DNA from: Acidilobaceae archaeon UBA162
Lineage (GTDB): Archaea > Thermoproteota > Thermoprotei_A > Sulfolobales > Acidilobaceae
DNA length: 39,307 nucleotides
NCBI GenBank assembly: GCA_002496425.1
Contig: DAJS01000002.1
Location: forward strand, 16,836 to 56,142
Direction: 5' to 3'
Shown here in pieces: positions 1-9,027 of the stretch. Under the pieces are notes generated by a model, which was not told the origin of the DNA, did not search any database, and was given only the letters and a program-made list of their open reading frames with translations. The translations under genes were made by a program, and so were the position numbers. Every line of letters begins with the position of its first letter. Position 1 is the first letter of the stretch.

Positions 1-96
1 AACTAAGCTGGCAGGCCTAAACTTAAGCCCATAGCCCCATCTCAGCCATAAATGGCAAGGCCTTCAGCTGTAGGTGTTTCGAAGCCTTTTCCTAGT

Positions 97-111
97 AGAA
101 AACTATTTAAA
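97..111 (+). promoter_or_regulatory. BRE + TATA box of peroxiredoxin gene
   Basis: AGAAAAC-TATTTAAA about 30 nt upstream of ATG 143; matches archaeal promoter consensus. Confidence 0.55.
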
Positions 112-142
112 CTAGTCGACCCCTTAGCACTTGCGTGAGAGA

Positions 143-733
143 ATGGCAATTGAGGTAGGAGCTCCGGCCCCTGACTTCACGGCTAAAGCCTATTTCCCGG
201 CTGAGAACCAGGTTAAGACAATAAAGCTCAGCGACTACAAGGGCAAGTGGGTCATACTTACGTTCCACCCTGGTGACTTCACCTTCGTCTGCGCCACCGA
301 CCTTGAGGCCTTCCAGGCCTATTATGACAAGTTCAAGGCTAACAACGCTGAGGTACTTGCAATCAGCACCGATAGCGTCTACTCTCATAAGGTCTGGGTC
401 GAGACCAGCCCCAGGGTTAAGGGCGTCAAGTTCCCCCTAGTAGATGACATAAGCAAGACCATCTCAAGCGCCTACGGCTTCCTCAACACAGCTACTGGAA
501 TGACTAAGAGGGGCACCGTCATAATTAACCCTGACGGCATAGTTGAGTACATAGCAGTCTTCAACGACAGACTTGGCAAGGACGTCCCGCACATATACAA
601 CGCTTTCATCAACCTCAAGTACCTCTACGAACACCCGGCAACCCCGACAGAGTTCGACATAGTCGCTGCCAACAAGGGCGAGGGCCACAAGACGATCCAC
701 ATAAGGATACCTGACGACATAGGCAAGCTGTGA
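143..733 (+). CDS. Peroxiredoxin (AhpC/TSA family), single cysteine
   Basis: APDF, LSDYKGKWVIL, peroxidatic FHPGDFTFVCATD, STDS..SHKVW, RGTVIINPDG; ATG 143 preferred over TTG 131. Confidence 0.92.
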   Translation: MAIEVGAPAPDFTAKAYFPAENQVKTIKLSDYKGKWVILTFHPGDFTFVCATDLEAFQAYYDKFKANNAEVLAISTDSVYSHKVWVETSPRVKGVKFPLVDDISKTISSAYGFLNTATGMTKRGTVIINPDGIVEYIAVFNDRLGKDVPHIYNAFINLKYLYEHPATPTEFDIVAANKGEGHKTIHIRIPDDIGKL

Positions 734-763
734 AGGGCTGACCTAATTTATCTGCACTATTCA

Positions 764-795
764 TTTCTTTAATTATTTTTCACTTTGGTTTTTTC
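764..795 (+). terminator. T-rich archaeal terminator
   Basis: TTTCTTTAATTATTTTTCACTTTGGTTTTTTC downstream of the peroxiredoxin stop. Confidence 0.5.
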
Positions 796-844
796 TAACA
801 TAAGGTTATTAAGGTAGTGCCGTATCGTGTATTGAGGGTTAGAG

Positions 845-1810
845 TTGTCTTTAGATCAAGGTAAAGGTGATGAGAGATCTAACAGGATGAGCCTGCCAAA
901 GCGCCAGGCGCCTGAGGCAGCCCCAGGAGGAGGCCAGAGCTACAAGGAAATTGCAGCGCGCATGAAACAGGCACAGGAGGAGCAGAAGCTTGTAGTCAAG
1001 AGGATGAATGCCATACCGTACAAGGTTGCCATACTGAGCAACAAGGGGGGTGTCGGCAAGTCCTTCGTCACTGCCAACCTAGCTATGGCTCTCGCATCAA
1101 TGGGGAAGATAGTTGGCGTTCTTGATGCGGACTTCCACGGCCCGAGCATGCCAATGATGTTAGGCCTAAGCAGTGTGAAGGGGCTTCTAGCTAAGGAGGA
1201 TGGCAGTATAGTCCCTGCCGTAAACCCCTACGGCATTAGGCTTGTGTCGATAGGGCTCATGTTGCCCTCTGAGGACGCGCCCGTGATCTGGCGTGGCTCG
1301 CTCAAGACAACAGCGATAAGGCAGCTCCTGGCCTACACTGACTGGGAGGGGGCAGAGTACCTGCTAATAGATCTGCCCCCTGGAACCGGCGACGAGCAGC
1401 TCACTATAGCTCAGATGATACCAGGCCTTACAGGCTTCCTGCTAGTCACGATGCCCAGTGAGGTTTCAAAGGTGGTGGTGAAGAAGGCTGTGGTCTTTGC
1501 ACAGAAGCTTAATGTGCCTGTAATAGGTATAATTGAGAACATGAGCTACTTCAGGTGCCCCGACGGCTCGGTGCAGTACATATTTGGCAAGGGGGCAGCT
1601 GAGGAGATAGCTAAGGAGTACAACATACCGTTCCTAGGCCAGATACCCCTGGACCCGCATATAAGGGAGGCTACAGACGAGGGCACGCCGTTCTTCATGG
1701 AGTACCCTGACAGCGAGGCGGCTAAGGCGTTCCTGGAGGTTGCTAAGAAGTTCGTAGACATAGTAGAAGAGAAGAAAGTGGCAGAACAAAAGCAGAGATC
1801 ATCCGCCTAG
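845..1810 (+). CDS. mrp: Mrp/NBP35/ApbC family Fe-S carrier ATPase
   Basis: SNKGGVGKS deviant Walker A, LDADFHGPS, IWRG, DLPPGTGD, ENMSYFRCP; start may be 887. Confidence 0.93.
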   Translation: MSLDQGKGDERSNRMSLPKRQAPEAAPGGGQSYKEIAARMKQAQEEQKLVVKRMNAIPYKVAILSNKGGVGKSFVTANLAMALASMGKIVGVLDADFHGPSMPMMLGLSSVKGLLAKEDGSIVPAVNPYGIRLVSIGLMLPSEDAPVIWRGSLKTTAIRQLLAYTDWEGAEYLLIDLPPGTGDEQLTIAQMIPGLTGFLLVTMPSEVSKVVVKKAVVFAQKLNVPVIGIIENMSYFRCPDGSVQYIFGKGAAEEIAKEYNIPFLGQIPLDPHIREATDEGTPFFMEYPDSEAAKAFLEVAKKFVDIVEEKKVAEQKQRSSA

Positions 1811-1812
1811 GG

Positions 1813-2082
1813 TTATAATAGGCCAAGCTTGGCAGCCACGTCGCTAGCCTTGAACTCTTTTGACAGCCTCACGTAAGCCTTCTTCTCCCCCTTGGGCGTT
1901 ATCAATGTGTTTACCCTATCCACCTTGATGCCCAATAGCGTTTCCACTGCGCGCTTCACGTCGTGCTTGTTGGCCTCTCTAGCCACTATCAGCGTCAGCA
2001 CGTTCTGCTCCTCCATTAACCTCATGGCCTTCTCACTCATCACTGGCCTGACTATTACCTTGCCCAGCCACTCGGAGCTCAT
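1813..2082 (-). CDS. rpl23: 50S ribosomal protein L23 (uL23)
   Basis: PVMSEKA, ANKHDVKRAVE, VNTLITPKGEKKAYVRL; follows rpl4. Confidence 0.96.
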   Translation of the reverse strand: MSSEWLGKVIVRPVMSEKAMRLMEEQNVLTLIVAREANKHDVKRAVETLLGIKVDRVNTLITPKGEKKAYVRLSKEFKASDVAAKLGLL

Positions 2083-2912
2083 GTCTTAACACCCCCTAGG
2101 TACTTGGAAAACCTCTGGTTAAGAGCTTCGAGTGCCCCAGTAGTTATTACCGTCAGCCTCCCGGGCTCGCCTCCGGGCGCCAGCTCAAGAACACTGACGA
2201 GCTGCGGCTCAACAACGTCAACTCCTGGAAAGTTCTTCACAGCTCTGGCCAACGGGGAGCTGTAATCATCAACTATGAAGAGCACGCTAACCGGCTCTAT
2301 GTACCTGCGGCCTCTCATCTTACCCTTGCCTGACCTTACCCTTGTGCCCTCGGCGGCCCTCTCTATGTCTGAATAGATGCCAAGCTTAGCCAACAGCCTC
2401 CTGGCCTCATAGGCCCTCTTTACAGATGTCAGCGCTGCAGAGTCTATAATCACTGGCACAGCCTTGGACTCGAACGCGTGTCCTCTGGCCCTCACCAGCT
2501 CAGCGTTAGCAGTGGCCGCGAGCGCGCTCATGGTTCCAAGAACCCTCTCGGCCTTATTGACATACTCATGTATGTTCTTGTCAGTACTTGGCGGGAACGC
2601 TAGCCTGCCACCCTTGACAAAGGGCGCCAGCCTGGCCCTGCTCGAGCCCTTGACCCTTGGAACCCTGGCAAGACCATGGTGTATCCCAAGGCTGACTGCA
2701 GTGGTCCTCTTGCCAGCCATGGGATCCCTGCCCTTGGGCTGAAGTGCGGCTGTAAGCTCGGCCCAGAAAACCCTGTGTATCACATCCCTTCTTAGCGGCA
2801 CTCTGAACACATCTGGCAGCACAACCTGTCCTGTCTCGTTCCCCTCAGCATCATATTTGGGTGCTGAGATTGATGGGCCAAGGTAAAGCAGTGTGCCAAG
2901 GCCTATCTCCAC
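2079..2912 (-). CDS. rpl4: 50S ribosomal protein L4 (uL4)
   Basis: QPKGRDPMAGKRTTA, GLARVPR, GGRLAFPP, RSGKGKMRGRRY, LAPGGEPGRLT. Confidence 0.96.
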   Translation of the reverse strand: MEIGLGTLLYLGPSISAPKYDAEGNETGQVVLPDVFRVPLRRDVIHRVFWAELTAALQPKGRDPMAGKRTTAVSLGIHHGLARVPRVKGSSRARLAPFVKGGRLAFPPSTDKNIHEYVNKAERVLGTMSALAATANAELVRARGHAFESKAVPVIIDSAALTSVKRAYEARRLLAKLGIYSDIERAAEGTRVRSGKGKMRGRRYIEPVSVLFIVDDYSSPLARAVKNFPGVDVVEPQLVSVLELAPGGEPGRLTVITTGALEALNQRFSKYLGGVKT

Positions 2913-2915
2913 TTC

Positions 2916-3953
2916 TCACACCCCCTGTTTGCTCTGCAGGCTTACGAACGTCACGGTTGGCTTTACCACGCCTAGCCTGAGGTACTGCGTGGGCGGCCTG
3001 ATGGGGTACCTGAGCACTATCGGCCTCTTGACGGCACCAGGTATCGAGCCCTCCAGGATCACTACAGTGCTCTTAGGTATGCCGTAGTGTAAGAAGCCGC
3101 CGGCCGGCGTGTAGGAAAGCGCGTTGTCAGTTATGTCTATGATCCTCTTGTTATACTCTGTCCTCCTGTGGAAGCCCAGCTGCCCTGGCTGCGGTATCTC
3201 CCACCACGTGCCCTTGCCGTGGCTCCTGGCGCCGATGCCCCTGGCCTTCTTCCTCTGCTTGTTCCACTTGGGCTTTACTTTGACACCAAACCTCTTCACG
3301 TCGCCTTGGAATCCCTTGCCCTTAGTCACAGATATCACGTCAACAACCATGCCTGGTCTGAAGACATCAGTCACTGCCACCTGCTTGCCCAACAGCGATG
3401 AGGCGTACTGGAAGGCCTCCTTCAAGTTATTGTTTGGAGCGGCAACCTTAACCTCCAACAGGTCAGGTACCTTCTTGCTGAGGCCTCCGGTGAGCCTTGG
3501 CTGCGTGGCCACCAGGACCCTTATTTCCCTGAGCCTATCTAGCTCTGACTGGAGCCTCTCCAGGGCCTCTTCGGTGCTAAACTTGCCAAGCGTGCTTATG
3601 CGCCTCTCAAGCTGGAGCTCAAGTGGCGGCCTGGCCCACGCCTCATCGAGTGTGAAGAGCCCCCTGTTAATATCATAGGCATAGCCCCTCACTGCAAGTA
3701 CATAGACTGGTGGGGTCTCAAGCACCGTGATAGGCCTGAAGATCTCTCTGCCAAAGGTCAGCGAGCCCTGACGGTTATCTATCATGAATACATGTGTCAT
3801 GCCTACCTTGTAGCCCAGGAAGCCCAGTAGCGTCGGTTTCTCTATGCTTACTTCTGGCCACGTCTTAACCCTCGGGACGAACTCCGAGCTGCGTATCCTT
3901 GGCATGAAGCCTAGGCTGCCGCGTCTTGGCGCCGACTTCTTACGATGGCCCAC
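2916..3953 (-). CDS. rpl3: 50S ribosomal protein L3 (uL3)
   Basis: MGHRKKSAPRRGSLG, GYKVGMTH, TKGKGFQG, GQLGFHRRTEYNKRI. Confidence 0.97.
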   Translation of the reverse strand: MGHRKKSAPRRGSLGFMPRIRSSEFVPRVKTWPEVSIEKPTLLGFLGYKVGMTHVFMIDNRQGSLTFGREIFRPITVLETPPVYVLAVRGYAYDINRGLFTLDEAWARPPLELQLERRISTLGKFSTEEALERLQSELDRLREIRVLVATQPRLTGGLSKKVPDLLEVKVAAPNNNLKEAFQYASSLLGKQVAVTDVFRPGMVVDVISVTKGKGFQGDVKRFGVKVKPKWNKQRKKARGIGARSHGKGTWWEIPQPGQLGFHRRTEYNKRIIDITDNALSYTPAGGFLHYGIPKSTVVILEGSIPGAVKRPIVLRYPIRPPTQYLRLGVVKPTVTFVSLQSKQGV

Positions 3954-4019
3954 TCCTTAGCACCCCAGCTGAGCCTAATGCCTTCTAGCCCCCTCTCCTA
4001 AGGATTTTAAAGCTAAGCG

Positions 4020-5471
4020 TTAGCCTTTGGTGACTCCTATAGGCCTCATCCTGGCAACTAGCCTGCCTATGCCAACCGCATGTGCGACCTGGGCGACCCT
4101 ATCTACATCCTTGTAGGCCTCAGGCATCTCCTCTATTACTGTGGCCACGTTGCTGGCCCTGAGGTATATGCCCTTGCTCTCAAGCTCCTGAACTACCTCC
4201 TTGTAAGTCTTCTCCCTCTTGGCCCCTGACCTGCTCATCCAACGCCCGGCGCCGTGAGGCGCTGTGTACCAGCTCTTGACGCCTGTCTCCACGCCCGCCA
4301 GTACGTAGCTAGCAGTGCCCATGCTGCCTGGTATCAACACAGGCTGCCCGTAGGGCCTGTAGATGTCCGGTATCTCAGGGCTGCCAGGTGGGAAGGCTCT
4401 TGTGGCACCCTTCCTGTGTACTACAACCTTCTTCCTCTTGCCATCTATATCATACTCCTCTATCTTGGCTATGTTATGGGCCACGTCATAGACCAGGTGC
4501 ATCCCAAGCTTCTCAGGGTCCACCTTGAAGACTTGCTGGAAGCTCTGTCTTACCCAGTGAGTTATTATCTGCCTGTTGGTCCAGGCGTAGTTGGCGGCGG
4601 CCGCCATGGCCTTGACGTAGTCCTGGGCCTCAGGCGTGTTGTAAGGTATGCTGGCTAGCTCCCTGTCAGGCGGTATGGTACCATATTTCCTCATGGCTCT
4701 CTCCATTATCTGTAGGTAGTCACTGGCAACCTGATGGCCCAGGCCCCTGCTACCGGTGTGAATCATTATGGTGACCTGACCCTCAAAGATGCCGAAGGCC
4801 TTGGCCAGGCGCTCGTCATAGACCTTATCAACCACCTGAACCTCGAGGAAGTGGTTGCCGCTACCCAGCGTGCCTATCTCAGGCGCCCCTCTCCTTTTGG
4901 CCACATTACTGACCTTGGTTGAGTCTGCCAGCTCCCAACTGCCCCTTTCCTCTATCCTCTCTATGTCCTCGTCCCAGCCATAGCCATTCTCAATAGCCCA
5001 CCTCACGCCCCTATCAAGGACCTTGTCTAGCTCGGATATTGAAAGCCTCAGCTTGCCCGTGCTACCCAGGCCGCTTGGCACGTTCTCGTAGATGGCATCT
5101 ATAAGCTCCTTTATCTTTGGCTTGACGTCTTTTACAGTCAGCTCGGTCCTTATCAGGCGCACGCCGCAGTTTATGTCGTAGCCGACGCCTCCAGGGCTTA
5201 TGACCCCTTCCTCGTCGACAGCCATTGCAGCGACGCCGCCGATCGGGAAGCCATAGCCCTGGTGACCGTCAGGCATAACTATGCTGTACCTCTGTATGCC
5301 CTGGAGGCAGGCCACGTTGGCTGCCTGGAGTAGGGTCATGTCCTGCTTCATCTTCTCAATCAACAGGTCATCGGCATATATTATGGCTGGAACCCTCATG
5401 CAGCCCTTGAAGCCCCTGTCTATTGTCCATGTGTTCTGGTCAATGCGCTTGACCTGAACCTCGGGCACCAT
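4020..5471 (-). CDS. rtcB: RtcB tRNA-splicing / RNA 3'-phosphate ligase
   Basis: MPDGHQGYGFPIGGV, GYDINCG, GTLGSGNHFLE, HTGSRG, HRKGAT, PGSMG, HGAGR. Confidence 0.97.
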   Translation of the reverse strand: MVPEVQVKRIDQNTWTIDRGFKGCMRVPAIIYADDLLIEKMKQDMTLLQAANVACLQGIQRYSIVMPDGHQGYGFPIGGVAAMAVDEEGVISPGGVGYDINCGVRLIRTELTVKDVKPKIKELIDAIYENVPSGLGSTGKLRLSISELDKVLDRGVRWAIENGYGWDEDIERIEERGSWELADSTKVSNVAKRRGAPEIGTLGSGNHFLEVQVVDKVYDERLAKAFGIFEGQVTIMIHTGSRGLGHQVASDYLQIMERAMRKYGTIPPDRELASIPYNTPEAQDYVKAMAAAANYAWTNRQIITHWVRQSFQQVFKVDPEKLGMHLVYDVAHNIAKIEEYDIDGKRKKVVVHRKGATRAFPPGSPEIPDIYRPYGQPVLIPGSMGTASYVLAGVETGVKSWYTAPHGAGRWMSRSGAKREKTYKEVVQELESKGIYLRASNVATVIEEMPEAYKDVDRVAQVAHAVGIGRLVARMRPIGVTKG

Positions 5472-5525
5472 ACCACCCCTCTCCTGCCGTGAGCTGAGCC
5501 TTATAGGGACGGCGTGAGGTTAGCC

Positions 5526-5533
5526 TTTTAAGA
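5526..5533 (+). promoter_or_regulatory. TATA box for the hairpin/tRNA-His transcript
   Basis: TTTTAAGA about 25 nt before the GC hairpin; no other TATA-like run before the tRNA. Confidence 0.45.
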
Positions 5534-5558
5534 GCGTGGTCCTCTTGTCTGCAATGAA

Positions 5559-5605
5559 GGGGCCCGGCCCGAGGCCAAGCCGATGAGCGAAGGGCCAGGG
5601 GCCCT
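5559..5605 (+). ncRNA. Candidate K-turn hairpin sRNA or structured tRNA leader
   Basis: GGGCCC 5560-65 pairs 5599-5604; GGCCC 5566-70 can pair 5592-96; apical CCGA-GGC-caa-GCC-GAU-GA fits the K-turn consensus. Confidence 0.45.
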
Positions 5606-5607
5606 GC

Positions 5608-5682
5608 GGCCCGGGTAGCTCAGCTGGCTAGAGCGCCGGGCTGTGGACCCGGAGGTCCCGGGTTCGAATCCCGGCCCGGGCC
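5608..5682 (+). tRNA. tRNA-His(GUG), intronless, genomically encoded G-1
   Basis: Acceptor GCCCGGG/CCCGGGC, anticodon arm CCGGG-CT GTG GA-CCCGG, T loop TTCGAAT, G at -1 opposite discriminator C; followed by CCT, so CCA is not fully encoded. Confidence 0.97.
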
Positions 5683-5790
5683 CCTTCTGGCTTTTGTCAT
5701 TTTAGTTAATGCAGTTCTAACTCTACAATGAATATGCGGCTGTTCCGTTGCCCTTCAGTTATCACTACCATTATGTGACCTGATTGTAGC

Positions 5791-5798
5791 TTTATAAA
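5791..5798 (+). promoter_or_regulatory. TATA box of ABC transporter operon
   Basis: TTTATAAA 45 nt upstream of ATG 5844; GGGGG RBS-like run before the start. Confidence 0.5.
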
Positions 5799-5843
5799 CA
5801 GTTGGCAGATATTACCAAATAAAGTAGTAACAGGGGGTACCTT

Positions 5844-7223
5844 ATGACACACAGGCAGAGAAGCCCTAGGTCCTTGAGCACTGCTGCCATAGCAGCAATA
5901 GTAGTTGTGGTCGTTGTCGTTGTTAGTGTTGGAGGCTACTACGCATATATCTCAATGAGGCCTAAGCCCGTCACCGTCTACCTCTACGTCTCGCTAGCCC
6001 CCTCAGAGCTTAGCTTCTACGAGAACACGCTAGTGCCTCAGTTCGAGAAGGAGCACCCACATGTGATACTCAAGGTCGTCCAGTTTTCAAGCGCCTCTGA
6101 TGAGGCTGAGGAGGTTCTGACGCTCGAGAAGTCAGGCTCGGTGCCGCCCCTGCTGGTGCAGATAGACAACATGGTAGTGGGGCAGCTCCTATATGGGCCT
6201 AACGGCACAGTTCAGAGCGGCTATGTCATACCGCTTAACCCCTACCTCAGCCAGCTGCTCTCCAACGTGACCCTCGTGCCATCGGTACAGCATGTAATGA
6301 ACTATGAGACCACGGCCTTTGGTGGCATCTACTTCATACCAGTGAGGCTTAACGTCCCGCTTGTGTTCTATAACGCTACTGTCTTCGCCAAATATGGCAT
6401 CTCACCGCCTGAGACATGGGGCCAGCTCTTGAATGTAGCGGCCTTGATTTACAACAAGACCGGCGTGGCGCCTATAGACTTCCAAGGCCACGGCGGCGCC
6501 AGCACGCCCACTGAGCTCTTCCAGTGGATGACCCAGGCCGGCGGCAACCCACTACTGTTCAACGACAGTGGAGACGTCTACGCTATGGAGTTCCTGTACA
6601 ACCTTAGCAAGTACTTCAGTCCAAGATACACTACAGGCTACTGGGGAAGCTATAAGGGCCTGGTGAGCGGTGTTTATTACATACTTGACTACCAGTGGCC
6701 CTACATCTATGGGGTCATGGAGAGTGAGGGCGTAAACATGAGCCACATAGGTGTCTACCCAGGGCCCAAGGGCCCAGTCAACGCTGCCCACCTGGCGGGC
6801 GGTGACGTGTTGGTCATACCTAAGAATGAGCCATCTGCCGACCTAAAGTATGTCCTCGATGTGGCCCAGTTACTCTTGTCAACCCCGGTGCAACATGATA
6901 TGCTAGTGTCACTTGGCTGGCCAGTGGTGAACTCTGAGGCGTATACCAACATACCATCAAACATGAGCGTGCTCTATGATAACATAGAGGAGGCTATAGA
7001 TGAGGGCCTGGTCTTCAGGCCCCCAGTGCCCTGGATAACTGAGTGGAACTCGCTCATGGACCGCGCATGGACCCAGATAATAGTCGACCATGCGCCGTAT
7101 AACGAGATACCCTCGATATTGAGCTACTACAATCAGCAGATGTACGATTGGCTCAAGACAAATGTCGGTCCCCAGGTGGCTGAGGCCTACGAGAAGGGCT
7201 ACTATGGGCCTCTGACGGGCTGA
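5844..7223 (+). CDS. Sugar ABC transporter substrate-binding protein (CUT1 type)
   Basis: N-terminal RS|LST plus hydrophobic stretch (class III-like signal), LVFYNATVF..YGISPPETW, GGDVLVIPK; followed by two permeases. Confidence 0.88.
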   Translation: MTHRQRSPRSLSTAAIAAIVVVVVVVVSVGGYYAYISMRPKPVTVYLYVSLAPSELSFYENTLVPQFEKEHPHVILKVVQFSSASDEAEEVLTLEKSGSVPPLLVQIDNMVVGQLLYGPNGTVQSGYVIPLNPYLSQLLSNVTLVPSVQHVMNYETTAFGGIYFIPVRLNVPLVFYNATVFAKYGISPPETWGQLLNVAALIYNKTGVAPIDFQGHGGASTPTELFQWMTQAGGNPLLFNDSGDVYAMEFLYNLSKYFSPRYTTGYWGSYKGLVSGVYYILDYQWPYIYGVMESEGVNMSHIGVYPGPKGPVNAAHLAGGDVLVIPKNEPSADLKYVLDVAQLLLSTPVQHDMLVSLGWPVVNSEAYTNIPSNMSVLYDNIEEAIDEGLVFRPPVPWITEWNSLMDRAWTQIIVDHAPYNEIPSILSYYNQQMYDWLKTNVGPQVAEAYEKGYYGPLTG

Positions 7224-7315
7224 GCTCCTACAATAACCCATAAGTTAAGTGTTGTTTTTAATTCCCAGGTAGGCAGTTAACTGAGCAATAACTAGGAAAT
7301 GTAAGGTGAGTATAA

Positions 7316-8152
7316 ATGCGCCTGCAACGGGTTAGCCTGACAACGTTACTAATAATTCCGGCGCTGGCCTACGTGGCCGCTCTGGTGATCTACCCTGCTG
7401 CTTATGCTGTAGTCCACAGCTTCATAGGCCCCAACGGCAGGTTCACACTAGCCAACTACGAGGCCCTCGTGCCCTTAGGCCTTAAGCTCGCGATAATTAC
7501 TACCCTTGTAGTATCCTTTGGGGCTATTTTCTTCCAGTTGCTCATAGCGCTGGCCGTTGCCTCAGTCATAGCTAAGCTAACCAGGGCCAGGTCAACGCTT
7601 ATGACCTTGGTAATAATACCTATGGGAGTGGCTACCGTAGTCAGCGCCGTGCTATTCAGTTTCATATTCCAGTACCCAGGAGGCATAGCCAATGAGATAA
7701 TGCGCTCTATAGGTCTTGCCCCAGTTTACTGGCTTAACCCAAAGCACCTGCCAATAGTTTACATGAGCCTAATAATAGCTGATAGCTGGAAGACGACGCC
7801 AATAATGATCTTGATACTTTACGCTGGTATGCTTAGGATACCCCAGGAACTTTATGAGTCTGCAGCCATAGACGGCGCCGGTCCTCTGAGAAGGTTCGCC
7901 AGGATAACGGTGCCTAACCTGAGGTCCTTCATAGGCATTTCACTGCTTATCAGAGGCGTCAGCGAGTTCAACATATTTGCGCTGCCTCTGATACTGGTCG
8001 GGTACAACCCGCCCTTCCTGACCACGCTGACCTATGAGCTCTACAGCTCGGCCATAACCGTTAACGAGTCTTATGCCTCCGCCACCATACTCTTGGCGCT
8101 GGCAGCGATACTGATAGCAATTGTGTACAGGGTTCAGGGTGGTCGGAGATGA
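7316..8152 (+). CDS. Sugar ABC transporter permease (MalF-like)
   Basis: Multiple TM helices; IADSWKTTP, EAA loop ELYESAAIDGAG. Confidence 0.92.
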   Translation: MRLQRVSLTTLLIIPALAYVAALVIYPAAYAVVHSFIGPNGRFTLANYEALVPLGLKLAIITTLVVSFGAIFFQLLIALAVASVIAKLTRARSTLMTLVIIPMGVATVVSAVLFSFIFQYPGGIANEIMRSIGLAPVYWLNPKHLPIVYMSLIIADSWKTTPIMILILYAGMLRIPQELYESAAIDGAGPLRRFARITVPNLRSFIGISLLIRGVSEFNIFALPLILVGYNPPFLTTLTYELYSSAITVNESYASATILLALAAILIAIVYRVQGGRR

Positions 8153-8961
8153 GGCCCTGGCAGAAGGCCCTGATGTACATCCTTATCGTAGTAATATTGG
8201 CCTACTTCATGTTTCCCCTCTACGTCCTATTCCTCTATGCCTTCACTAACCCCCACTACACCTTCTTCCGCTCCTACCCATACCTATACCCTGTAAGGCT
8301 TACGCTGAAGAACCTACTGGAGGCCGCAGCACCCAGCCTCAGCGGGCCAGCGATAAAGAGCCTTGTTGTAGCCACGCTAGTTGGCCTCATAACCCTGGCG
8401 CTGGCACTACCGACAGCCTATGGACTCTCCAAGATTAACCCACTAATCTCGTATATGGTTATTGTGCTCCTGTTCATAACTAACCTCATGCCAAGCATAG
8501 TAATAGCCATACCTATCGCCTCTACCTTTGTCAGGCTAGGCCTCTATAACTCAGACATAGGCCTGGCCCTGGCCCAGACACTGATAACGCTGCCCATGGC
8601 AGCCTTCATACTTCTCGGCACCTTCCAGTCTATCCCTCCAGAGCTCGAGTGGCAGGCCAGGATAGACGGGGCCTCTCTCCTCAAGGCCTTTTACAAGGTA
8701 CTGATGCCGCTGGCAGCGCCTAGCATAGCCGCCGTGTACATGCTCTCCTGGCTCTTCTCGTGGGACGAGTTTACCTTCGCTGTGCTCCTCTCACCCATAT
8801 CACCTACCCTGCCTGTGGAGATCTACATATCAGTCGACAGGGGCAACCTACTGGCAGCCCTGGCGCTCTCGTTCGTGCTCACTATCCCAGCAATAGTACT
8901 TGTGGTGCTAATGCAGCGTTACCTCAGAGCTGAGTATCTAGCGGGAGGTCTCAAGGGCTAA
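8149..8961 (+). CDS. Sugar ABC transporter permease (MalG-like)
   Basis: ATGA overlap with previous gene; ELEWQARIDGAS, SWDEF, TLPV. Confidence 0.92.
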   Translation: MRPWQKALMYILIVVILAYFMFPLYVLFLYAFTNPHYTFFRSYPYLYPVRLTLKNLLEAAAPSLSGPAIKSLVVATLVGLITLALALPTAYGLSKINPLISYMVIVLLFITNLMPSIVIAIPIASTFVRLGLYNSDIGLALAQTLITLPMAAFILLGTFQSIPPELEWQARIDGASLLKAFYKVLMPLAAPSIAAVYMLSWLFSWDEFTFAVLLSPISPTLPVEIYISVDRGNLLAALALSFVLTIPAIVLVVLMQRYLRAEYLAGGLKG

Positions 8962-9027
8962 AGTTGTCCTTGCCAACGCCGATATAATGGTCTATGCCAT
9001 GGATTTCAAGGCTTATATTTCCCTTAC

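Noticed and set aside
1540-1570. Mrp with CPDG instead of CPxC
   Set aside because: Single-Cys variants appear common in crenarchaeal ApbC; not distinctive
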